Below are positions 45,173 to 55,545 of a DNA stretch of 64,000 nucleotides, in pieces. Each line of letters begins with the position of its first letter. Positions within the stretch are counted from its first letter, which is position 1. The notes under the pieces are model-generated. The model had not been told where the DNA came from and ran no database searches. It saw only the letters and a list, made by a program, of their open reading frames with translations. This stretch comes from an uncultured Nitrososphaeraceae archaeon (GTDB lineage: Archaea > Thermoproteota > Nitrososphaeria > Nitrososphaerales > Nitrososphaeraceae): NCBI GenBank assembly GCA_963729045.1, contig CAVSMN010000015.1, positions 128,001-192,000 of the forward strand, read 5' to 3'. The position numbers were made by a program, and so were the translations under genes.

Positions 45173-45568
45173 ATTCATCTCTCGGCCCTATTACGCCTTA
45201 AACTAATTTCATCTTCTGACCTGGTATATTTTATTTTACTTTGTTAAAACTCTAATTCCACTATTAAAGAAGGATAACATTTATCTATTTTCCTATGTTT
45301 TTTTAGCTTTGTAAATAAGATAGTTATTATAGTAACTTTGAAATGATTTGACCGTTAAGGAATTAATCAACAAAGAGAATCGAGCATGGGGGTTAACAAT
45401 AAAAGAAAAGCTATTTTTTGCTAGGAAAAATCAGCTCTATCATGTGTAATATTTTAAGACATTTTTTGACTTATTATTTAACAAATGATAAATAAATCTG
45501 TTAGCTATATATCAATTGTAAACAAAAATTGCAGACAAGTTTATCTTTTTTAATGTTGTCATATATCA

Positions 45569-47065
45569 ATGCAAGTAGAAAAAACCTTTAAAAATTCTGA
45601 AATGGATGTGATAAATGAATTAAAAAGATCTGGGATAAAATGGGTACGACTAAATTTTTGCGACCCTTTTGGATTTCTTCATCAAATATCTGTAAACAGC
45701 ACTGAAATTACAGAGGATGCATTTAAGCAGGGATTGCCTAGACTGGATGGTAGTTCCATAAAAGGATTCAAAGAGATATATGAATCAGACATGCTACTCA
45801 AACCAGACCCTTCCACTTTTGCAATCTTGCCAGAATATTTTGACAAGAATAATCATAACAGGAGAAATTATGCCTACCCTTCCATGGCTGCGCGTATGTT
45901 TGTTGATATTTATGACGGATATGGAGGGAGAAGGTATTCCAGAGATTGCAGATATATAGCACAAAAAGCAGAAGAATTCTTAAAGAACAAAGGTTTTGAG
46001 AAAAGTTATTGGGGACCTGAATTAGAATTTTTTGTATTCAATAAAATATCACTTCTTCCAAGTCCTATGTCTTCGGTAAATTGTTCTGGTGGATCAGGAT
46101 ATTCAATAGAGTCTGGAGAAGCACCATGGAATTCTTCAGGTGGTAATGATTATACGATCCCATTTAAAGGAGGATATTTTCCCGCACCTCCAGCCGACAG
46201 TTTAACAGATTTAAGAGACGAAGTATCAGAAACACTGCAAGAATTTTTTGGAATACAAGTTGATGCACATCATCATGAGGTTGCAACAGCCGGACAGTGT
46301 GAAATTCAAATGGTGTATGACGATCTTACTAGAATGGCGGATAAAGTTGTTACCTATAAGAAGACCGTAAAAGAAGTCGCTGCTAAACGTGAAATGATTG
46401 CAAACTTTATGCCCAAACCAGTTGCCCTTGACAATGGTTCAGGTATGCACGTAAGCCAGAGTTTATGGACAAAAAAGAAATACGGGCATGACGCAAACAT
46501 GTTCTTTGATGTTTCCGACGATTACGCAGAACTAAGTCAAACAGCACATTACTATATTGGAGGCATAATAGATCACGCTAGAGCACTATGTGCTTTAACA
46601 AATCCAACTACTAACTCATATCGAAGATTAGTCCCCGGCTTTGAGGCTCCAATTAACGTGGCGTGGAGTAAAATGAATAGGTCAGCTAGCATCAGAATAC
46701 CGTCTCATTATAAAAATATGGAGAAGCAAAAAAGAATAGAATATAGGACACCTGATCCGAGTTCAAACATTTATCTTGTGGAGTCGGCTTTATTACTAGC
46801 AGGACTTGACGGAATCAACAAAAAAATATCTCCTCCAGACCACGTGGATAAAGATATCTACAAACTCACAGAGCAAGAAAAGAGAGAATATGGGATTAGA
46901 AAATTGCCTACCTCTTTGTTAGAAGCTATCGAGTCACTAGAATCTGATGCTGATTTTTTGAATCCTGTATTTGCAGCCGACTTTATTGAGATGTATTGTC
47001 AGATTAAAAAGGATGAGCATGCAGCAGTAGCCGCAATACCTTCGCCTAGAGAATTCTATATGTAA
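45569..47065 (+). CDS. glnA: Glutamine synthetase type I
   Basis: DGSSIKGF, GPELEFF, KGGYFP, HHHEVATAGQCEI, FMPKP..DNGSGMH, NSYRRLVPGFEAP, NRSASIRIP, RIEYRTPDP. Confidence 0.96.
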   Translation: MQVEKTFKNSEMDVINELKRSGIKWVRLNFCDPFGFLHQISVNSTEITEDAFKQGLPRLDGSSIKGFKEIYESDMLLKPDPSTFAILPEYFDKNNHNRRNYAYPSMAARMFVDIYDGYGGRRYSRDCRYIAQKAEEFLKNKGFEKSYWGPELEFFVFNKISLLPSPMSSVNCSGGSGYSIESGEAPWNSSGGNDYTIPFKGGYFPAPPADSLTDLRDEVSETLQEFFGIQVDAHHHEVATAGQCEIQMVYDDLTRMADKVVTYKKTVKEVAAKREMIANFMPKPVALDNGSGMHVSQSLWTKKKYGHDANMFFDVSDDYAELSQTAHYYIGGIIDHARALCALTNPTTNSYRRLVPGFEAPINVAWSKMNRSASIRIPSHYKNMEKQKRIEYRTPDPSSNIYLVESALLLAGLDGINKKISPPDHVDKDIYKLTEQEKREYGIRKLPTSLLEAIESLESDADFLNPVFAADFIEMYCQIKKDEHAAVAAIPSPREFYM

Positions 47066-47098
47066 GAGAATTCTATATGAGGAATGTTTAGGTAATAT

Positions 47099-48565
47099 AT
47101 GTCGTATCCTAAAGATATATTAGAAATCAAAAGAAATCTTCTAAAAGAGGTTTCTTCTACCTCCGTTGTTGCCAAGAATGATAATTTAAATTTCTTATAT
47201 TACGATCAATCAAAAATTATTCTAGATGCAAGAAAAGCATTTGACGGTCTTATTCCTTATTCAGGGCTAGGCGCTAATTCCACAAATGATTATTTTTCTT
47301 CCATCGATCTCATTGGTGGATCTATTAAAACAGACGTTGATTATAGTAATGTCGATCTATCCTTAACTATTGGAGGCCTTTATTCAAACAGAAAAATAAC
47401 CACGGATATTCCGTTTTTTGTCTCTGGTATGAGCTATGGGTCATTAAAACTTCCTGCAAAAATAGCATTGCACCTAGCATTAAATCAGCTTGCTGATGAC
47501 GGAATAAGAGTTATAATGAATACTGGGGAAGGAGGAGCACTACCTTGGGAAGTTCATGATTTTGACAATGGTGATCCCAATATAACGGAATATGTATCTA
47601 GGCTACTTAAGGAACACAATTTAGACAGTATAGATAGAGAACAGCTTTTTCGCAGAAAGTATCCATTGGTGGTTCAATATGCATCAGGAAGATTTTGGAA
47701 AGATCCTGACTACTTGCTCAATGCAGATGCAATAGAGATCAAGATAGGACAAGGTGCAAAAATAGGACATGGTGGATTGTTACCAGGCTCAAAAGTGACA
47801 GAATTAGTGGCAGAAAACCGTGGTATACCTCCCTATAAGTCGGCTCATTCCCCATCAAGACACCTTGATATCTTGGGACCAGAAGATCTGGTTGCAAAAA
47901 TTCTTGAGTTAAGAGAGCTTACTAACTGGAATGTTCCTATTATTGTAAAAGTGGGGGCATCAAGAGTTCATGACGATATTGCCATAATACTCAAATCTTG
48001 TTCAGATGCAGCTGCTATTGATGGTTACGTAGGAGGTACTGGGGCTGCTCCTTGGGAGATTCGAGATAGTATAGGTGTAAACACAATACCTGCAATAAGG
48101 TTGGCTAAAGATGCAATAGACAATTATTATTCAGAGAGGGATATGGAAGAGTTTAAACTAATTGCTCATGGTGGCATTTGGGATTCAAAACGAATCGCAA
48201 AATGCATCGCTCTTGGGTCAAATGGAGTAGGTATAGGTACAGGGTTTCTCATATCGATGGGATGCACATTGGTTCAGGATTGTTATACCAATACTTGCCC
48301 TGCAGGATTAACTGGGTCGTATGAAAAATTAAACATACAATCCAGTGTAAAGAGAATAGTCAATTATATTAAGGGAACAAGGATCGAACTGCAAAATATC
48401 GTAGGTTCTTTAGGAAAGAATAGAATACGGGATCTCAACAAAGAGGATCTTTTTGCGACTGATGAGATATCCAACTTGGTATCAGGATTATCTACAAACG
48501 ATACGAATTACCATAACAAGATAAAGAGTAAGAATATACAGACACTAGGATGTATCGGAGATTAA
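47099..48565 (+). CDS. Glutamate synthase FMN-binding subunit (GltB2/GlxD-like) with [3Fe-4S] motif
   Basis: SGMSYGSL, NTGEGG, QYASGRF, EIKIGQGAKIGHGGLLPGSKV, HSPSRH, GGTGAAP, CTLVQDCYTNTCPAG. Confidence 0.92.
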   Translation: MSYPKDILEIKRNLLKEVSSTSVVAKNDNLNFLYYDQSKIILDARKAFDGLIPYSGLGANSTNDYFSSIDLIGGSIKTDVDYSNVDLSLTIGGLYSNRKITTDIPFFVSGMSYGSLKLPAKIALHLALNQLADDGIRVIMNTGEGGALPWEVHDFDNGDPNITEYVSRLLKEHNLDSIDREQLFRRKYPLVVQYASGRFWKDPDYLLNADAIEIKIGQGAKIGHGGLLPGSKVTELVAENRGIPPYKSAHSPSRHLDILGPEDLVAKILELRELTNWNVPIIVKVGASRVHDDIAIILKSCSDAAAIDGYVGGTGAAPWEIRDSIGVNTIPAIRLAKDAIDNYYSERDMEEFKLIAHGGIWDSKRIAKCIALGSNGVGIGTGFLISMGCTLVQDCYTNTCPAGLTGSYEKLNIQSSVKRIVNYIKGTRIELQNIVGSLGKNRIRDLNKEDLFATDEISNLVSGLSTNDTNYHNKIKSKNIQTLGCIGD

Positions 48566-48570
48566 TAAAA

Positions 48571-49695
48571 ATGAATATCAAAGAAAAATTTATAATACGA
48601 TCTTCAATCTTGGAATTAGCAGAAACAGGTCTTCCTCGCAATGTTTCCATAGATGATAAAATAAGACTTGAACAAAAAAATGGTGATGAGCCAAAAACTG
48701 AAGACTTGTGGAATTGTATTACTGCATTAGGTGCACAACTATCGCGACCCCCATACGATCCATATCGAGAAATAATTAATCTTGATATATCCATAGGTCG
48801 AAGACAATGTCCCAACAAAGTTATTCTATCAATGCCTTTGATAATTTATGATAATGACATGCAAATAGATGAAACGACGTTAGAGTCACTCCACGTTGCG
48901 TTAAATAAGCTAAAGAACTTTAACACAAACTTGGGGCTTATTTCAGAAAAGAGAATAAAAAATAGAAATTACCCACATTTTAGAAGATTAAATGAAAGAA
49001 CGGCAGTATTAGAGGAAGAAGAAGAAGACGATTATGGCACCGATGGCCTTGTATTTCAATGCAACGATGAAAAGTCCCTACAATTTCTGACTGATATAAG
49101 AAAAGAATTTAATGGGCCAATCCTTGTTGAGGTGGATAATTCTTTTGAAAGATTTCTTGGACCATTGTTAGACGCAGGAGCTGATGGGATTATTGCAAAT
49201 ACTATCAAAATAACAAATAAATCAAAATACAAAGAAATGCATGCAATAAAAGTTATACACGATATAAGATGCGCGATAGACCAGTACTATGCTGGAAAGG
49301 AAAATGATGGGACAGTACTAATAGTTGCTGGAGACGTTAATAATACTGGAAGGATTGTAAGAGCTGCTGCATTAGGTGCAGATATCATTGGATACTCCAC
49401 AAGCTTATTGATTGCTAATGCTGCTCATCACTATGAGGTTCAATCCAACCTGGATACAGTATCCGATAGGATATACAAACACGTGTTGGCTACTAAGGGA
49501 GAACTTAAAGGAGTACCTGCCGCATTAGGATATAGTAATTTCTATAATCTTTCATCCTCAGATTTGCGTACATCAAGTATTGAGGCAAGTATACAGGCAG
49601 ATATTGCAATAGAAGGAACAAACAAAACTTATCGTCAAATAATTGAGGATTTTATATATAAGTATACGACAGAAGAACAACTGAGATCTGAATAA
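48571..49695 (+). CDS. Divergent glutamate-synthase FMN-domain paralogue lacking the Fe-S cysteines
   Basis: AQLSRPPYDPYRE, LSMPLII, LIVAGDV, RAAALGADIIG, ALGY...DLRT; no EIKxGQG or CX5CX4C motif. Confidence 0.65.
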   Translation: MNIKEKFIIRSSILELAETGLPRNVSIDDKIRLEQKNGDEPKTEDLWNCITALGAQLSRPPYDPYREIINLDISIGRRQCPNKVILSMPLIIYDNDMQIDETTLESLHVALNKLKNFNTNLGLISEKRIKNRNYPHFRRLNERTAVLEEEEEDDYGTDGLVFQCNDEKSLQFLTDIRKEFNGPILVEVDNSFERFLGPLLDAGADGIIANTIKITNKSKYKEMHAIKVIHDIRCAIDQYYAGKENDGTVLIVAGDVNNTGRIVRAAALGADIIGYSTSLLIANAAHHYEVQSNLDTVSDRIYKHVLATKGELKGVPAALGYSNFYNLSSSDLRTSSIEASIQADIAIEGTNKTYRQIIEDFIYKYTTEEQLRSE

Positions 49696-49759
49696 ATCTC
49701 AAAAACAGGAACTAGTTGAATATCTGTTGATAAATAGGTAATGGAGGGGTGGAAGGAAC

Positions 49760-50638
49760 ATGTGTGGAATTTGTGGGATTATATTAAAAGAACATACCGA
49801 TTCAAATTTCTTAGTAGGTGCATTGCTTTACAAGATGATGGAAAGCCAGCAAGTAAGAGCACAAGATAGCGCCGGAATAGCCATTTATAATAATGACGAG
49901 AATTGTCAAAGTAATTCGTTTTCTAATCTTGCCTATCTTATGAAGTGTGAAAATGAATACGAGCTGAGGGAAGAAAGGACTACTACAGGATTTAAATATT
50001 CAAAAGAATCCGACCAACTAGTTTCCAGGTTAAAGAAAGACGAAAACGTTTCAATTATGGGTTATACTAAAGAAATGAAGTTGATAAAGAATGTGGGTCT
50101 AGTGAGAGACCTTGATAAAAAATACAATATAAGATCAATGAAAGGGACTCACGGGATTGGACATTTGAGAATAGCGACAAGCAGTAACGTCGATCCAAGC
50201 AATGCTCATCCATTTAGTACTACTGTTATGCCAGATATTGCAGTAGTACATAACGGAGAAATAGCAAATTATTCCAAATTAAGAAATATGCTAGAAATTA
50301 AAGGGTACCCCTTCTATTCTAGCTGTGATTCAGAGGTAATAGCAATATTTCTTGTTGATCAGCTATTACAGCATGGCGACCTAAAAAGGGCGCATGATGA
50401 ATTTATCCAAAAAGCTGATGGACCTTTTACATATATTGCTTCTACCAATCGTACATTGTCATTAGTAAGGGATAGATTTGGAACAAGAAAGGGTATTGTG
50501 GGGTATAATCCTGGGTCAGATGGGATTCCTGCATTTTGGGCAATGGCGACGGATCTATCTGCATTGGATATCATCGGAGCGAATAAAGACGTGAAAGCAG
50601 CGTCACCAGGTAAGTCGCTGATTTTTGCCATAGAATAA
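49760..50638 (+). CDS. Class II (Ntn) glutamine amidotransferase, GltB1/GlxB-like
   Basis: N-terminal MCGICG, DSAGIA, GIGHLRIAT, NAHPF, VHNGEIANY, CDSEVI. Confidence 0.9.
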   Translation: MCGICGIILKEHTDSNFLVGALLYKMMESQQVRAQDSAGIAIYNNDENCQSNSFSNLAYLMKCENEYELREERTTTGFKYSKESDQLVSRLKKDENVSIMGYTKEMKLIKNVGLVRDLDKKYNIRSMKGTHGIGHLRIATSSNVDPSNAHPFSTTVMPDIAVVHNGEIANYSKLRNMLEIKGYPFYSSCDSEVIAIFLVDQLLQHGDLKRAHDEFIQKADGPFTYIASTNRTLSLVRDRFGTRKGIVGYNPGSDGIPAFWAMATDLSALDIIGANKDVKAASPGKSLIFAIE

Positions 50639-50675
50639 ATAAATTAATAAGGCATGAATCAACGACCAAAGATTA

Positions 50676-51600
50676 ATGTGTTACATGTTAGATATAGATG
50701 AACTTGGGTTAATAGTAAAAGAAATAGGTTCAAAAATATCTAATCCGGATACGCAATTTGAAAGGGTTAACACTATATTTGAGCAACATTATGGGATAAA
50801 ACTCCCAGATGGTATAAAACGTGCATCGATTGAAAAATTTGGAGATATTGTAAGCTCCCCACTGATAATGGAACGAGCAATAAATTTAATCATAAGTAAA
50901 AAGGTGATCGAGGGCGAAACTAAGATCATAATAAAAAACCCACGGTCCCTATACAGAATAGGAATACTCAGTTTTGACAAGACAATAAAACTCGATCTAG
51001 TGGTAGATGGTAACGTAGGTAATTTTTTTGGAGCATTTTGCAATTTTGATGGCACATGGACAGTAAAAGGGAACAGCGAGAATGGGTTGGCAGATAAAGG
51101 TTATAAGGGCAAAATAATTGTAGAGGGCTTTGCCACGGAATTGGCATGTCAAAATAATCAAGCAACTGAATTTAGTACCGGTGTGGACGTCTTGATCAAA
51201 AAAGGATGTATGGAAAGGGCGATGGGACAGGCAAGGGGTGGAAGACTGGTAACTTTTGGCGCAGGATATAATTCGGGGTTGTATATGTCAGGTGGTATAT
51301 TGCTTAATTTGGGATTGCCAGGTGAATTATTTGGTCCAGGGATGGTTGGAGGCGTAATTTATTCTCCCAAACGGAACTACTGCAGCCGAAGGTGCACAAA
51401 TTGATAGATTGTCAGTAGAAGATTACTCAATAATAAGAGAAACACTGCTGGTATTTGAAAAAGAACTGTGTATTGAACAATTAAATGATTTTTCAATAGA
51501 AAACCCCATAATATCCCTAACGAATAAATCAATGGATGATAATCAAAAATACGATATGCGTGACTTTATCAAAATAGTGCCTGATTTAAGATCACAATAA
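50676..51600 (+). CDS. GXGXG-domain glutamate synthase subunit (GltB3/GlxC-like); frameshift near 51370
   Basis: DGNVGNFFGA, GAGYNSGLYMSGG, GELFGPGMVGGVIY; continues as GTTAAEGAQID into ORF 51409-51600. Confidence 0.82.
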
Positions 51601-52029
51601 CCTGAAATCTTCTTTCGCAGTAATTAAGACAATGTGGGTATTGGTTCTATCGATATATGGAAGTGATAAATCATGCTTGACAAAATCACTTAACTCCGAA
51701 CGATTCTTAAACTTTGCAATGATTATTAAATCAGTCAAGCCTGTAATATCATAAACTGCACAAACATTAGAAAATTTTGAAATATGTCTTTGTACCTCAA
51801 TTATTTTATTCTTAATGGCAGTAACTTCAATTACTGCTGTCAAATCAAACCCAATTTTTGCATAATCTACCATTGCCGAATATGATTTTATTACCTCATC
51901 TCTTTCGAGTCTTGATATTCGATTAAGTACGGTAGGTGGAGAAATTCCCAATTCAAACGCTATTTTTCTATACGAACTCCTAGCATCTGTTAGCAGTCTT
52001 CTTAATATTTTTGAATCTATTTCATCCAT
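51592..52029 (-). CDS. Lrp/AsnC-family transcriptional regulator
   Basis: DEIDSKIL..DARSSYRKIA..LGISPPTV HTH; VYDITGLTD. Confidence 0.95.
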   Translation of the reverse strand: MDEIDSKILRRLLTDARSSYRKIAFELGISPPTVLNRISRLERDEVIKSYSAMVDYAKIGFDLTAVIEVTAIKNKIIEVQRHISKFSNVCAVYDITGLTDLIIIAKFKNRSELSDFVKHDLSLPYIDRTNTHIVLITAKEDFRLL

Positions 52030-52452
52030 TGATAATTTCTCTATTATTGACTTTATAAATATAAAATGAATTTAACTTATTTTTGATAGATTTAAAATAG
52101 TATTGTCATAATACTTTTATTGTAAAAGATTTTCTAGCCTAATATTTTAGATTCTAAAAAGGTGGGCATGTATGTCCAGTTCAATTATGCTTATTTTCCT
52201 ATCCAGAAAATAAATTATAGATTGTCTTTCTTTTATCTTTAAAGGCTAAATATTAGTTTAAAATTTATACGACTCGTGATTAATAGGGCATTTTCTACTC
52301 TAGTAATTTATTGGAATAATCAACAAAGTATTAGATAAAAGCTTGATAACAAAGTTACTTTGAAATTTAGAAATTATTTAACTAACTAATAGCATCTATA
52401 AATTATTTCTGCAGTCATAAATAGAATTGTCTACTGACTATGATGATCAATA

Positions 52453-53619
52453 TTGGGAATAATTTTAATTCTAGTTCAAATAATTGTTATGTCTTTTGCT
52501 ATTTGTACAATTATAAATAATAATGCTTTTAGCTTTTCCATTCCTGAGGAGATGGATTATTCCGTTCCATTTGATTTTCTTTCCTCTGCCGAGGGTGATA
52601 GTTTAGCCCCTAATTCCCTCAATGATGATAATAGTACTAGTCCAAAAATGGATGATGCAAATTTTGCAGGCAGAGTCGACTCTGATATTTTTCTTGAACG
52701 TGAGAACGAGCATCTTAAAAACAATGATCATATTGACTACAAGTATGATAAAGATTTGAAGATTGATAATGTTATGAGCAAGTTGATTGAACCTGAATCA
52801 AATAATGCTAAAAATGAATCAAATTCACAATTAGATTTCTACAAAAATAAGTATCAGGAAAAAAATGATGAATTCAAAAGTGAAAACATAAAAAAAAATT
52901 CTAACATACCAATTAGTGATGGAAAAATTGCAGTAATCAATTTCGATGATAGCTGGAAAAGCCAATATGAAAATGCAAAAGCTATACTTGATGAATATCA
53001 GTTCAAGTCTACGTTTTATGTTGTATGTGATTACATAGATGGAAAAAATAGATTGACTTGGAAGCAAGTACAAACTTTACAAGAAGAAGGAAACGAGATA
53101 GGTTCTCACAGTATGAATCATGTAAATTTAGACCAAATAACACGGGATTCTAAATATAATGAAATCGTTGAGTCAAAGAAATGCCTTGAAGATAGAGGAC
53201 TTAATATTAACAGTTTTTCGTATCCTTTCAATTCAGGTGATGATGACCAGGAATCTTTGGACTTGGTATCAAATACTTATGATTTTGCTAGGACTGCAGG
53301 TGGCGATAGTCACACAGGTAGCGACCGTGTTGGAAGTCTTAAGGGCTATGAAAAATATACCATCGTGGGTTGGAGCCATGACGCCGAAAGAAATGAGAAT
53401 AATTATTCTGATTTACAAATGCTAGATGCGTTCAAAGCATATGTAAATCAATATAGTGAAAAAAGTCACAGTGTTGGTAGCATACCCATAATAATTTATC
53501 ATAATATTGATGATGATAGAGGTGAGTATAGCACGAGCATCGATTTATTTAGGTCTGAAATGAGATATCTTTACGATAGTGGTTTCAAAACAGTTACAAT
53601 GAATGAAGTATTTGGATGA
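52453..53619 (+). CDS. Secreted polysaccharide deacetylase (CE4/NodB-like)
   Basis: INFDDSW, STFYV, EIGSHSMNH, SFSYPF, IIIYHNI; N-terminal hydrophobic segment. Confidence 0.88.
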   Translation: MGIILILVQIIVMSFAICTIINNNAFSFSIPEEMDYSVPFDFLSSAEGDSLAPNSLNDDNSTSPKMDDANFAGRVDSDIFLERENEHLKNNDHIDYKYDKDLKIDNVMSKLIEPESNNAKNESNSQLDFYKNKYQEKNDEFKSENIKKNSNIPISDGKIAVINFDDSWKSQYENAKAILDEYQFKSTFYVVCDYIDGKNRLTWKQVQTLQEEGNEIGSHSMNHVNLDQITRDSKYNEIVESKKCLEDRGLNINSFSYPFNSGDDDQESLDLVSNTYDFARTAGGDSHTGSDRVGSLKGYEKYTIVGWSHDAERNENNYSDLQMLDAFKAYVNQYSEKSHSVGSIPIIIYHNIDDDRGEYSTSIDLFRSEMRYLYDSGFKTVTMNEVFG

Positions 53620-54017
53620 AAGCATTTGATAATAGAAGAATGAAATTAATTTTTCTTGCTGTCATTCTTTCAGATATGAGAAAGATAACAAGGGTATCAA
53701 AGTGACACATTGGATCAGCAATTTGGAAGAAAAAGATAAACAATTGAGCATTTTAAGCATGGAAAAAATCAAGAATTAATACCGTGTTCAGTAGCTAAAG
53801 TACTGGGCTGATATTTTTTAAACATCTCTTTTTGTTCAAAATATTTTGTTAATCAAGAAACGTGTAATGGGGGTTTGAATAGCGATCAGGTTGCAGCTTT
53901 TTCTGTTGTACTAAAACCTTTTGATGGTCGAATGGTTCTGAAAATACCATGAACTCATTTGCCCCAATATGAAATCATAATTAATTTATTCTGATAATAA
54001 CACTACACTCTCAGAGA

Positions 54018-54791
54018 ATGTCAGATCGATCCTTAAATAACAAAAGTATTGCCGATGAGCGCAGTGTACTTAATCTAGATAGAGTAGTATTCATAGGAAG
54101 ATCTTTATCAGAATACATGTGGATGTTTAATCTTGATTTGACCAATTTTAAAGATCTTGAAATACTTGATTGTCCCTCTGGTGCATCATCGTTTGTTGCC
54201 GAAGCTTCAGATGAATATAATGTTAAAAAGGCTATTGGATGCGATTTAATGTATGATAATGATCCATCAATCATAGAAAAAAGAGGAAGAGACGATCTTG
54301 AATATATGATTGATCGTCTATCTAAAGTTCCCGACTTTTACGACTGGAATATTTATTCAAATATTGAAGAGCTTCGCAAGGCAAGAGCCTCATCACTGAA
54401 GAAATTCATTTCAGATTATTCAACAAAGGGGATGGTAAATAATCCGTCTAAAAAATATGAAAGATATGTAAAAGCGATACTACCAAATTTACCTTTTAAT
54501 GATAAAAGTTTTGATCTAGTACTAAGCTCTAATTTCCTTTTTTACTATCACAATATGTTTGATTATACTTTTCATCATGATTCAATTTTAGAAATGCTGC
54601 GAGTTACTTCAAAGGAGGTAAGAATTTTTCCTATTCAAAAACCAGACGCGAAAATTCCTGAATATTTTGAAACATTGATGGAGAGCATAAATAAACATAT
54701 GAATAAAAAAATTTCATTTAGAATCGAAAAAGTAAAGTATGATTTTCGCAATGGAGTCAATAAGATGTTAGTATTAAATAGGGATGAATAA
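54018..54791 (+). CDS. SAM-dependent methyltransferase-like protein
   Basis: GRSLSEY..MF, ILDCPSGASSF, LPFNDKSFDLVLSSNFLF, EVRIFP. Confidence 0.82.
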   Translation: MSDRSLNNKSIADERSVLNLDRVVFIGRSLSEYMWMFNLDLTNFKDLEILDCPSGASSFVAEASDEYNVKKAIGCDLMYDNDPSIIEKRGRDDLEYMIDRLSKVPDFYDWNIYSNIEELRKARASSLKKFISDYSTKGMVNNPSKKYERYVKAILPNLPFNDKSFDLVLSSNFLFYYHNMFDYTFHHDSILEMLRVTSKEVRIFPIQKPDAKIPEYFETLMESINKHMNKKISFRIEKVKYDFRNGVNKMLVLNRDE

Positions 54792-55545
54792 TGGGATAAC
54801 AGAGAGTATGATTGCATTATTAAATCTCTAATCTAAATTCTGTTGTTAATAACTTTTCATTATTATCTTGTTTGTTGTCCCACGTCATTTGTTTTTGGAT
54901 TTTGGTTTGCTACGAAAATTGAAAAGTTCAATTTAGAAAATTAGTTTCTAAAATTATGCAGTCATCTTAGAATAAAAAAAATAATTAGTAATAAGTTAAA
55001 TATTGAATATGAATGTATTTAACATACAATTAAATGAAACAACGTATAAAACGGGATCTCAGGTTAGTGGTACCCTAAAAATACTAGGAGGTAGTATATT
55101 TAACAAATTTTTCATGCTCAAAATATTTTGATGACCAAGTGGGACATAATTATGATGTGAACAAAGATTATAAGGCATTTTTCTGTAATTCTAATATTTA
55201 TTGACCTTGTATGAATAAACTGCTTATTGTGATGATGTCCGTGGCCATTCTAGAAACTATTGGTATCAAAGTTGCTATCTTAGTATAACCGTCTAATAGC
55301 ATCACTGCAAGTTTATCTCAAAAATAATAAAATTCAATCACTATAATTGTAATTTGTTATTTTCTATTTACTTGTACTTAATCTGAAGTTAGACATATCT
55401 AAAATATACTCGTTTTCTATTTAATCGCTTGTCATATTATGCAGTGCAGTATTTGTTGTAATAATGCAATGTAGTTATGTTATCAATTAACATTGTTCCC
55501 GTCAAGCCTAAATAAAACATTATACTACTTATTATTGTATAGTAA

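Noticed and set aside
45569..51600. N-methylglutamate (gmaS-mgsABC) methylamine pathway
   Set aside because: Similar architecture, but the GS has canonical GSI motifs and no mgd/sox dehydrogenase genes are present; not preferred, though only phylogeny can exclude it
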